A stretch of DNA of 63,869 nucleotides, the filler included, from Aduncisulcus paluster (Eukaryota): assembly GCA_024181965.1 (NCBI GenBank). It is 4 parts of 4 records of this genome, joined end to end, with 100 filler letters (N's around TTAATTAATTAA, not from the genome) between each part and the next. Parts side by side here need not be neighbours in the genome. Positions count along the whole stretch, not along the records: positions 21,575 to 41,145 come from BQXS01009984.1; positions 41,246 to 58,968 come from BQXS01009986.1; 2 more parts are not named here. One strand, given 5' to 3'. Positions 34,874 through 44,829 of this stretch are shown here, in pieces. The position numbers were made by a program, and so were the translations under genes. The stretch's first letter is position 1. Each line of letters opens with the position of its first letter. The notes below the pieces were generated by a model that saw only the letters and a program-made list of their open reading frames with translations, did no database searches and was not told the origin of the DNA.

Positions 34874-35466
34874 AAATCTATTTCAAAGGGTAGTTGTCCA
34901 AATGATGGTCCAGGAAGAATCAACCCAAATATTCTTGCAAACCCATCAGGGCGGCTTGAAAAATGGGAAAGTGGTGATTTATCTGTATTAGACAAATAAT
35001 AAATTAAGAGATTCTAATTTGTCGTTTACATTCCTGGTCAGGGACTTTTGGCACTCTCCACATAGCAATTGAAAGAATTCGTTGAAGAAATCATAATATT
35101 TAGTTCTTAAGTCGTTAATTAATATTCATACAAGTGCTAAACTCAGAGTTTAATGCCTACACCGGTTCTGACAACTGTGATTTTGTTGTGGGCAAAATAA
35201 AGGTGTATATCGTAATATTTGAATGAAATCTCTTATTATGATATTAAAAGTATGAATTTTACTGAATTAAGCGGCTGGATCATGATCCAGTGAATGAGAA
35301 AATGACAAAATAAAATCCCAGAAGAGTTATACTCAAAGGACGAAATAAGGATTCTACAGATGTAGATCATTTAAAATATTATCTGGCAATTGAAAAAAGA
35401 GTTGCCAAACTCGTCACTAATATTACAAGAGAGAAAAAAAAACCTAACTATTGAAGAAATAGGAAA

Positions 35467-36462
35467 TTAGCGAAGTAAACCCATCACAGCAGAACTTTCA
35501 TCTTTCATTCTATCTACGATAATCCCAGTGAATCCCGTTCCAGCCCAACGTTGTGGATTGAGAGTAACAGTCACTATGCGCTGCATCTGTCTCCCACTAA
35601 CCCAAATCGATCGCCTAACACTCACTTTAACACCAGATTGTGTTTCATATGCAGTTTTTACGATGTCTCCAAGTTTGTGAAGGTTTGAACGATCAAAGAC
35701 ATCACCATATATAGTCTTCGTGATATCCCCGAAGGAAATAATCAAATCGTCGTTTTTGAGGCCGGCATAATGACCAGGAGAATTGTCATCAACACGAACA
35801 ATCCGAGCGAAAGGAACAAGATCTGCAAGAAAAGCATCAGAAGAAGAGGTTGGCAAAGTGCTGGAAGGATCTTCAATTGAATGGATGATATCTTCACTTC
35901 TAGAAGTCATTGAGTTGGATCTCTCTTCATCATCCGATTCAGACACTTCTTCCCGAATGGTACACTGTTTGAGAGAACCGATCATTGGAGATCCAGTACG
36001 AGATGGATGGGCCGACAGAATTGGATCATCATGGGAATATTCATGATTCACTGAGCCTCTGCGACTCCCAAGAGATCCTTCGAAACCTATATCTCCTTCA
36101 CTTGAAGATTCATCACTGGACTCATTTTCCGATACCGAAGAAGACTCTTCCTCCTCCATTTTTAACAAATCAGACGTTCCAGAATTCGTGGATTCTGTTT
36201 GACGATATAGATCATGTAAAATAACAAGTTTGGATTCAATTTGTTTCTTTATGGCAACATGATCGTTTTGCAGACAAGCAATAGTATTTCGAATCTTCCG
36301 AATATGAGGAATGTCAAGGGATGAAATAGGAAATCCATCAGCATCTGTCAACTTACGTGGGTAACATTTGTCCTCTTCTATCAATGATTCTAGTTTCTTT
36401 TCAATAGCGCTACATTTTGAATCTAATTGATGAAGTTCTTCTTCTACAGATGGAATATTCAT
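35467..36462 (-). CDS. PSMD9: 26S proteasome assembly chaperone Nas2/PSMD9 (p27)
   Basis: LTDADGFP..DI..IR..R..I.CLQNDH N-domain; PDZ domain PFARIVRVDDNSPG..AGL...; PQRWAGTG. Long acidic/Ser insert. Confidence 0.88.
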   Translation of the reverse strand: MNIPSVEEELHQLDSKCSAIEKKLESLIEEDKCYPRKLTDADGFPISSLDIPHIRKIRNTIACLQNDHVAIKKQIESKLVILHDLYRQTESTNSGTSDLLKMEEEESSSVSENESSDESSSEGDIGFEGSLGSRRGSVNHEYSHDDPILSAHPSRTGSPMIGSLKQCTIREEVSESDDEERSNSMTSRSEDIIHSIEDPSSTLPTSSSDAFLADLVPFARIVRVDDNSPGHYAGLKNDDLIISFGDITKTIYGDVFDRSNLHKLGDIVKTAYETQSGVKVSVRRSIWVSGRQMQRIVTVTLNPQRWAGTGFTGIIVDRMKDESSAVMGLLR

Positions 36463-36844
36463 TCGCGATTTATATTTGCGTGGCTGGTGTTGTTGTGACA
36501 AACCAAACAATGGAAAGCGGAGCCGGTGATTATTTATAGGACGAAACAGGTTCTCGCTAAATTGTTGATCGATAGGATTTTACAATAAATTGTTTCAGTA
36601 AAATTTTGGTTTAATTTGCGAGATTTTTAGGTGTTTTTTGGTTGAAAGACAAAAAGTTCAGAAAAGCTTAAGTGCTCCTTGGTTCTTTCTTTCGGATCAA
36701 ATTCCAGCTATAAGACTATACACAAGTCGCTTCTCTTATGCTTCCAAGCCCGCATAGAAGAGTAGATACCCACGTGAATCACATAATGTGATCTCTCTTA
36801 TCTAACTCTGTCCGGTTTCCTTCGCCCTAAAAATTTTCCATTAA

Positions 36845-37070
36845 TATTTGAATAATGTTTATGGAATCAATTTGATGTTTGAAATAAGTCTCATGTGGAC
36901 CGTTTCAAACGGTCAATCCAAGTTGGATTTGCACTTTCGGAATAGATGAACCAGTAAAAAACGCATTTTTCCAGGAGGTTCTATTGGGTGACTCTTCTAG
37001 CCCTGTTCTTGACCTTGATCAATGAGCATCTATTTTTCTCCCCCCTGTGTTATTTCGAGGCGGTAATATA
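36845..37070. repeat. Internally deleted, diverged inverted copy of the 13.16-13.68 kb element interior
   Basis: TATTTGAATA.TGTTTATGGAATCAATTTGATGTTTGAAAT.AGTCTCATGTGGACCGTTT and AAAAAACGCATTTTTC...TTCTTGACCTTGATCAATGA.CAT.TATTTTTC match reverse complements at ~13610-13672 and ~13165-13290. Confidence 0.8.
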
Positions 37071-37919
37071 CTTTTTGATTCGTGACAATGATATGGAGAA
37101 CTTTATTCGTCCAAAAACCAAATAGATGAAATAAGTAAAAAGGATTATTTTAGAAAACAATTCCAATGCACATATTCTCGAAGAAAAACCTAAGGGTTGT
37201 GATGAACAACAGAATGGTATGTAAAACAATAGAATTTACAATTGTTATCTCTAAACCCCATATAACAACTAAAAAGTATCAATTTGTCCGAATAGAACAC
37301 AAAGACTCAAGAAGTGCACAAGGAAGAAATTCTCGAAAGAAGCTAGTTTGCTGAAAAGAATAATAGTAATAAAATATAAAATATATTGATTGTATAAAAA
37401 GAACAACATTAGCGGAGGCAATAATGAAGTAGTAAAAAACAAAGGAAGATAAAATTAATACCATGATATTGAGAAAAAGCAAAGTGAAAAAAAATCTGGA
37501 AAAAAGTTGGGAAAAAAAAAAAAAAAAAATGATAATATTCATTATTCATTCATTTGTTTTCCACAAAAGCAACATTACATTGATTTAAAATGTATAAAGG
37601 GCCGGGAATTTATATATTGCAACAAGAGGACAAAATAATTACACTCGTTCGTCAAATATCAATAATAAGATATGGACAAATTAATAGCGAAAAAAATAAA
37701 AAATAATAGATATAAAACATTTATATTGTTTTGAAACTGAAAATAACTAAGTAGATAAAATCAAACAAAAATCTATAATCTATTTTCAAAAAAATTGAGA
37801 AAGATCGTTAACTCAACACCGATTATTGCACCTAACTTTCTCAGAAAGATTCTAAAAATAGATAGAACTATAATAAATGAATAAATAAGAATATAATCAT
37901 TCGAAAAGCAATATATTGA

Positions 37920-40412
37920 TTATTGTTTTTTGTAAGATGACTTGGAAATCCTATCACCATGTTCAAGGATAAGACTCTGAGCTCTGCGATGATGCGAACT
38001 TGGAGTCACTCTTGTTGCCATTTGGCTTGACGGGAGCTCAAGATGACTGATATGATCCCACCGAGAAGAATGATTGTGGGACCAGCCATCGGGATGCACT
38101 CCTCGAATAGGCAAAAAGGAATGAGGGCCAGTCGCAAATGAAGCAAAAGAAGAGGAAGAGGAAGAAGAGGAAGAAGAAGAGGAAGAAGAAGAGGAAGAAG
38201 AAGAGTGAACATTGATGTGAGACAGACTGTCCATATCAGCGGTACCCTCTTTTGTGGAGGCTGATGGGATGAGAATATCAGATACAATGGGATTATCAGA
38301 CGAGGGAGAACAGAATGAGCAGTCGTTAAAGCTTGTCAGGCCAATATCATCATCCTCAGAGCAAAGACTGGCACTAATACTACTGATATCTGCACTCTTC
38401 TTGATCTGACCCCAACCTCTTCGTTTCTTCCCATTCCTTCGCTTTCCAATCACAGGAACAGACGATTGTGAAGGAGAAATGAGAGGTAACATGACCATAG
38501 ACCGACTTCGATGCACACCTGCACTACGAGGGTTGATGGCATCCTCCCCCTCAGAACGAGTGATTGAGTGCGCAAAAAGTTCACCGTCGCCACGATGGTC
38601 CCTATCGACCTGCTTTATGTGCGTTGATGACGGAGACATACACCGTTGGTACTCGTTATCAACGTGGGCAATAGAGTCGTCAATGGTGAAGAAAGGAGAG
38701 ATAAGTGGTAAGAACGGAGAGAGGGAGGAAGAGAGGGGATGTGAGTCTTCCCCATAATTTGATGGATTGTTGATAACGGCGATATCAGATCCAAGATCAT
38801 TGTGAAAGGGCTTTGGGGTGGTAGAAGAAGAGGGCAATGTTGAGGTGGAAGGAACTGGAGGCAATGGAATACGTTGGAACGCTGAGATATCGTCGTCGTC
38901 ACAACCAGAGAAAGTGCTAAATGTCTCATCCGCGTCAAGTTGGTGAGATGAAAAAATGTCGTTCTTAAATGTGGCCTGAGGACCTATCATTCCGGGGTGA
39001 GGAAACAATGAAGTATTATTATTATTATTGCTAAAGAAATGAGTGATAGAAGATGAGGATGATGATGAGGACGCCTCGTGAGTTGTATCCCTTGTAGTTC
39101 CAAACTCAGATGAAACGGGGTAAAAACAAGGAGAAGACGATTGACGACGAGGACGCTTCAATCTCATGTCCTTGGTAGAAGAAGAGGGCAATGTTGAGGT
39201 GGAAGGAACTGGAGGCAATGGAATACGTTGGAACGCTGAGATATCGTCGTCGTCACAACCAGAGAAAGTGCTAAATGTCTCATCCGCGTCAAGTTGGTGA
39301 GATGAAAAAATGTCGTTCTTAAATGTGGCCTGAGGACCTATCATTCCGGGGTGAGGAAACAATGAAGTATTATTATTATTATTGCTAAAGAAATGAGTGA
39401 TAGAAGATGAGGATGATGATGAGGACGCCTCGTGAGTTGTATCCCTTGTAGTTCCAAACTCAGATGAAACGGGGTAAAAACAAGGAGAAGACGATTGACG
39501 ACGAGGACGCTTCAATCTCATGTCCTTGGTACAAGAAAGAGCCTTGGGGCGAAGAAGAACAGAGGGGGAAGGGGAAATCGAAGGTGAAGAGTGACGGGGA
39601 CCTGGATTAATCAAAGTAGGTTCATTATACCGCAGAATTGGGGTATAACTGCGTTCTCTACTATGACTTCGCTCCTTACTGCTCTGATGAAAACCCTTTG
39701 GAGGGGAAGATTTCGATAAAGCAAACACGTTATCAGCAGATCGCTCATCTTCGGTTTCTTCATCGTCAAAATATGATATTCTATCGGAAGTGTCGTTTGA
39801 AATGGCCATAAACATTCCCTTTCGAGGCGGGAGATCAACTATTGGGGAGTGGCACGAACATGTATCGGGGTGGTAGTGAGTTCTGGACAAAAGAGGAGAT
39901 ATTGGGTGATCATGAAGTGGAAAAGATGATTCAAACTCATGACTATATGCAGATCTATCATACATTCGTTGGGATTGAAGCGAAGGGGAAGTAGTTTCAT
40001 CTCGAACATCCAGATCATGATCATGCTCAAATCCATTCACATATGCCGAATGGGCCGGCCTAGAATAAATCTGTTCAGCAACATCTCCAATGATACGATC
40101 AAAGGAATCAAACTTGGGGGACAATGAACTTGAAAAGGGAAGAGGTGATGTTGGAGGTGCTGGAATAAATGATGAAGGATTAGGGGTTTCAAATTGGGTA
40201 CCATTAGTTTCAGAAAGAGTGCTTTCTACCCTGTGTAATGAATATTCTTTATCTTTTTCATGAAAATCATTGTGAGATATTGATAGGGGTGATTCTGATC
40301 GAACAATTTTAGGTGGGTATTTTGGCATATATATATTATTATTTTGGCTATTTGAAGAGGGAATTTCCTCGCTTATAGGTAAAGGAAAGCCACTAACGGG
40401 TTTCTTGTTCAT
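37920..40412 (-). CDS. Ser/Pro-rich low-complexity protein with an exact 118-aa tandem duplication
   Basis: 830-aa ORF; 354-bp direct repeat at 38819-39172 and 39173-39526. Confidence 0.7.
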   Translation of the reverse strand: MNKKPVSGFPLPISEEIPSSNSQNNNIYMPKYPPKIVRSESPLSISHNDFHEKDKEYSLHRVESTLSETNGTQFETPNPSSFIPAPPTSPLPFSSSLSPKFDSFDRIIGDVAEQIYSRPAHSAYVNGFEHDHDLDVRDETTSPSLQSQRMYDRSAYSHEFESSFPLHDHPISPLLSRTHYHPDTCSCHSPIVDLPPRKGMFMAISNDTSDRISYFDDEETEDERSADNVFALSKSSPPKGFHQSSKERSHSRERSYTPILRYNEPTLINPGPRHSSPSISPSPSVLLRPKALSCTKDMRLKRPRRQSSSPCFYPVSSEFGTTRDTTHEASSSSSSSSITHFFSNNNNNTSLFPHPGMIGPQATFKNDIFSSHQLDADETFSTFSGCDDDDISAFQRIPLPPVPSTSTLPSSSTKDMRLKRPRRQSSSPCFYPVSSEFGTTRDTTHEASSSSSSSSITHFFSNNNNNTSLFPHPGMIGPQATFKNDIFSSHQLDADETFSTFSGCDDDDISAFQRIPLPPVPSTSTLPSSSTTPKPFHNDLGSDIAVINNPSNYGEDSHPLSSSLSPFLPLISPFFTIDDSIAHVDNEYQRCMSPSSTHIKQVDRDHRGDGELFAHSITRSEGEDAINPRSAGVHRSRSMVMLPLISPSQSSVPVIGKRRNGKKRRGWGQIKKSADISSISASLCSEDDDIGLTSFNDCSFCSPSSDNPIVSDILIPSASTKEGTADMDSLSHINVHSSSSSSSSSSSSSSSSSSSFASFATGPHSFLPIRGVHPDGWSHNHSSRWDHISHLELPSSQMATRVTPSSHHRRAQSLILEHGDRISKSSYKKQ

Positions 40413-41145
40413 ATACTCGAGAATTAGTAATAAATAGAAAACTCAACGCTGATATCAGCGTAAAAGTGAAATCTAAGAATGAACAAAAAGTTTCTGAAAG
40501 TTGACTTTTGTTATTCACAGGAAAACAAGCGAGTTGAATTTATTTTAGCAATTTCAAAGATATTATCGATTTTTTTTGCATGATATTAATAAATACATTA
40601 GATGCTCATAAATATTGTTAAATAAAATCCTGGTATTACTTCCAATAATCCAAGAAATGGAAAATACTTGCGCAATTCGAGCTATTTTGGCCATTTGCAA
40701 AACTGAAATAAAACCGACATAATAAACAATTTAAAAATGCAAGTGCATATGATATTACTTTATTTTTATGACAGTTGAATAACCATTTCAGAACTTAGGA
40801 GTTTGGAAGCCCAATAAGAATCTAAACATTGATTCAACATGAATTCAAAGAACTAATGCTATTCTTAATCTTTTTTTCATCCTTTCAAACTTGATTCAAG
40901 ACTCGTTGGCAATATTGGCAAAGTGGCACTTTTCCTCATCGGGAACCGCAATAATAAGCCTATTTTTTTATGGTGAAATAAAGTATAAGAAGAATAAATA
41001 ATGTCAAAATACAATTAATTTCGACTTCATGAATGAAATAAACACGAAATGCGACCTTTTTCCATTTTATCCATAGAGCCCGCCTAGGAGACCTCTTTTT
41101 CCTTCTTGGTGTTCTTCTTCTATCCAAATGATGCTCTTCTGGGGC

Positions 41146-41244
41146 NNNNNNNNNNNNNNNNNNNNNNNNNNNNNNNNNNNNNNNNNNNNTTAATTAATTA
41201 ANNNNNNNNNNNNNNNNNNNNNNNNNNNNNNNNNNNNNNNNNNN
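41146..41244. other. Artificial contig junction
   Basis: N-TTAATTAATTAA-N linker. Confidence 0.95.
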
Positions 41245-42816
41245 NTCATATCCATCGAGATGCAACTCGGTGAGACCAATGTTATTCACTTCACTGTCGA
41301 GACCTTGAACATATTCGAGACCTTGCAGAGTCGTGATGAGCGACAGATCGGAAGATACATCACTAAGGGAAAGGGAAGTACACGTTGCAGTACTGCGTAA
41401 ACTGGCAACACTGAGAACACCGTTCGCCTCGGCACTCACACCACAGTTGGAACGAAGGTATGAGCGAAGGTACTCGTCATGGACAGTGAAACACTCACCG
41501 TTGGACCCTTCCTTGGAAATGGAGGCACATTCCTTCTCACCAGAGAGCGGATTGTACACTTCATTCAAAACAATCGAAGGGCATTGGGAACCGTAACAAT
41601 TATAGGGCTTATTTCCGATGTTACTATTCAATGAGCAATTGTTTGGGAGTATATATTCATCCTTTGAGAAATTGGGATCATGGAGGGGGAAAATATTGGA
41701 GAAATATGTCCAAAATGGTGTGTCCAATTCAAAACGACAGAGTGGGATGTAAATTGATAACGATGAATTTGACAGGGCAAATGATAGCATTCCCATCGAC
41801 TTGTAAAACACAGAGATATCAAAAATGTTCGGGTTGCCAAACAGATACACAGATGAAAATCTATTTGAATAGTTTAAATACGCATTGGAATCGGTAATAT
41901 CCATTGGATCGGCGGAAAGATCGGTAGTTTGGATATACAATTTTGAGATTTGACCAAGATTGGAGATGGGCTCAAGAGAGGTTATTTCATTGTTCGAAAT
42001 ATCAAATGAATTGATACTTATCAGATATTCAGAACCTTCGATGTCAGATATTGAGGAATTTTTGCCTGCAAAGTCAGTGATTTGAGCGAGGTCAAATTCG
42101 GATGGACTACAATCGTCTTCAGACCCAATGGATCTGCATAACGCTGCCCGCATATTGTCATCAGGAATGTCAACTGAAGAATCTGCCGGATCGAGATCAA
42201 AGTGGTCGTTTAGATCAAATTCAAATTCCTTTGAATGGAGTGACTGTTGTGCTGGAGAGAAATGAATATCATCAATCGGAAAACCAAGGGGAATAAAGCA
42301 CATAATGGAGATAAAGACACAAGTGAAGAAGAAGGAATGGTTTGATAAGCTAAGGGACCTTGAATCAGAAAAGAAACAGAGGGAAACAACAGATAGAAAC
42401 AAAATAAAAGGGATGAGAAGGTCCAAAAACCATGAAATAATGGAGTAATGTGGAGAACTATCCTTGATGTCCCGCGAATAATATGAATTAGCACCTACAT
42501 TTGAAAAGACATCGATGAAAAGAGAATACTCACTTGGGAGAGATAATATATTATCTGATAATAAATATCGATCAACAATTGCTGATTGACTTAAGAATGT
42601 GGCAAGGTGGTTGCACAAAAATGATGAGTTAGCTTGGCTCAGGCCATCATCTGGCTGAGGAAGGGGAGGAGAGTTTGGGGATGAAATGCCATATTTTGCG
42701 GATAATAATGGATTGGCCTGGATAAAATAACAAAAAACAATGGCGGTAAAAGACAAAAGCACCAGAAAATAGGGGATATAAATGAAATTATGACGAATGC
42801 AACAGATACTTATCAT
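41245..42816 (-). CDS. Leucine-rich-repeat (internalin-like), Cys-rich membrane/surface protein, 3'-truncated at the contig end
   Basis: N-terminal hydrophobic segments; IPDDNMRAALC; LRRs ISDIEGSEYLISINSFDISNNEITSLEPISNL and ITTLQGLEY...LTELHLDGY; Cys-rich spacers. Confidence 0.75.
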
Positions 42817-43125
42817 TTAGCCGTCACAATTTCTACTAAATCTAATTAAAAATATGCAATGGTCAAATAACAGCGAGATTTAGCAATATTTGTGTTGCAG
42901 ATCTCAAGAAAAGAGATATTTTGGTTTGGACGTTAGTACATGTTAGAAATAGAAAAATAAAATGTCAACATTAATTGGTTGGTTATAAAAATAAATACAG
43001 TTTATTAGAAAATTAGAAAAAACGAAAAAAAAAAAAACCTTGAAATGTTATGTGGATCCTCTCTACAAGTAAACTCATACAGGGAGAATCCGTGATAATA
43101 AATGCATGAAAATGCTAAGCTCAAC

Positions 43126-44574
43126 TTATTTTCTACTATCACGTTCATCGGCACTCAGTGGCATACACCAGGCGGGGAGATAGTCTTCATCACTATAGCA
43201 ATCTTTGACACGCGCAGGACTTAAACCCCTGTCAATAAGAACGTGGTCAAGGAACACTTCATCGTTCCCGTCTTTCCGCCAGCGTAGGGCAGTGTCGGGG
43301 GATTCGGCCCCATAAAAGGCTTCACGGCTGAGATTGGCATTCTTGACAGTGTTCCCTGGAGAACCCAGGCTTGTATATCCACGTGAATATAAAGAACAGA
43401 AAGGAACATCAAAACGGAGTAGAAACTCCCATATATCGATAATGGACCAATTCAATAATGGAATGATCCGAACAACATTCGGCCAGGACACGGACGGTGA
43501 CGAAAAGAAGGAGAGGTGCTTAGAGGGCATGTCAGTGGCACGAACACCGAGAAACACTCCATCGACATCTTTAATATTTATATAATATTCTATTAAATGT
43601 TTAAACCTTTCTACAATGGGAATATCATCAATTGGAACAACCTTCCCATCCTTCTTGACAACAGAATCGGCAGGGTAACTAACCTTATCAATATCCAAGG
43701 AGAATTTGGAAATGGTATGTTCCATAAATTCAATAATTTCATCAAATTCGGTGCTAATATCAAGAAAAAATGTTGGAATAGCGAGAGTCATCTGCTTTGC
43801 GGCTGAAAGGCTTGGATCAGATCTTAATATTACTTGAGGAGACACCAACTTTCCATCCTTATCTATCGTCTCACAATGATCAAATCCATAGCCTCGGAGG
43901 AAAGCTGCAGTACGCAATAAATGTAAGAGAACTGTACAATCCTTGCCACCATTGAAAGAGAAAGCAACTCGCTTATATTTTTCCATGGCACTAAAAATGA
44001 CACCAAGGGACTCACGCATTCGAATGGCAAGTTCAGATTCCCCATACAGGGCTAAAGAAGCCATTGCGGAACAATCTTCAAGATGTTCAGAAGAAGAATG
44101 GTGGAATAAATGGGAAGGTGATAAAAATGGTGAAATGGAGGGTTTGGGTAAAGAAAATATTTTTTTAGTGGATTTTTCGCATATTAATGGATCATTAGAT
44201 GAATATATGGACTTTGGATCCCTAATATCTTTCAACGATATAGCGGGAATGGTATGTTTTGATACAGCATCTTCATCCTGTGGAAAGCAATAAAATTTAT
44301 CAGGTTCTATCGCACAAAACTTATCAAATGGTGAAGAATGACTGATTTTTGTATCACAATGGGAGATATCTGAGCAGGAATAAGGGTTAGGTGATACCAA
44401 TGAATTAAAGTTTGAAGACGAAGAAAATAACTTAAGAGAAGAATCAAAATCAAAATTGGGTAGAACACAATAGGAGCTACAATGGGATATCATATCACAG
44501 GAAATGATAGAGGCTCCAAAAAGGAGTAAGGCGAATAGGAGAATTAGAGTTAACGATAACGACATAAAATTCAT
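43126..44574 (-). CDS. FAD synthetase (PAPS-reductase fold) with a long N-terminal extension
   Basis: AFSFNGGKDCTVLLHL, GVRATD, PLLNWS..DIWEFL, CSLYSRGYTSLG and YLPAW...ERDSR. Confidence 0.9.
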   Translation of the reverse strand: MNFMSLSLTLILLFALLLFGASIISCDMISHCSSYCVLPNFDFDSSLKLFSSSSNFNSLVSPNPYSCSDISHCDTKISHSSPFDKFCAIEPDKFYCFPQDEDAVSKHTIPAISLKDIRDPKSIYSSNDPLICEKSTKKIFSLPKPSISPFLSPSHLFHHSSSEHLEDCSAMASLALYGESELAIRMRESLGVIFSAMEKYKRVAFSFNGGKDCTVLLHLLRTAAFLRGYGFDHCETIDKDGKLVSPQVILRSDPSLSAAKQMTLAIPTFFLDISTEFDEIIEFMEHTISKFSLDIDKVSYPADSVVKKDGKVVPIDDIPIVERFKHLIEYYINIKDVDGVFLGVRATDMPSKHLSFFSSPSVSWPNVVRIIPLLNWSIIDIWEFLLRFDVPFCSLYSRGYTSLGSPGNTVKNANLSREAFYGAESPDTALRWRKDGNDEVFLDHVLIDRGLSPARVKDCYSDEDYLPAWCMPLSADERDSRK

Positions 44575-44829
44575 TAATTAACAAAAAGATGGATAAGAAA
44601 AGGAATAATGGTCCTAAAAATCAAATTGGACCATCAATTTGCGAAGAAAATTTCTCGGACCTTTTGATTCCGAGTTATGCCAGAACCTGGCGAAATAAGT
44701 ATGTTTTTTCAGTTTTAAATTTAATATTTGTTGTTGTTATCCTTTTGGATACTTTATGTGCACACTTCACTAAGTTTCTCCAATATCTTATACCCTGATC
44801 ATATTATCTTTTGATGCTAAATAGGATTA

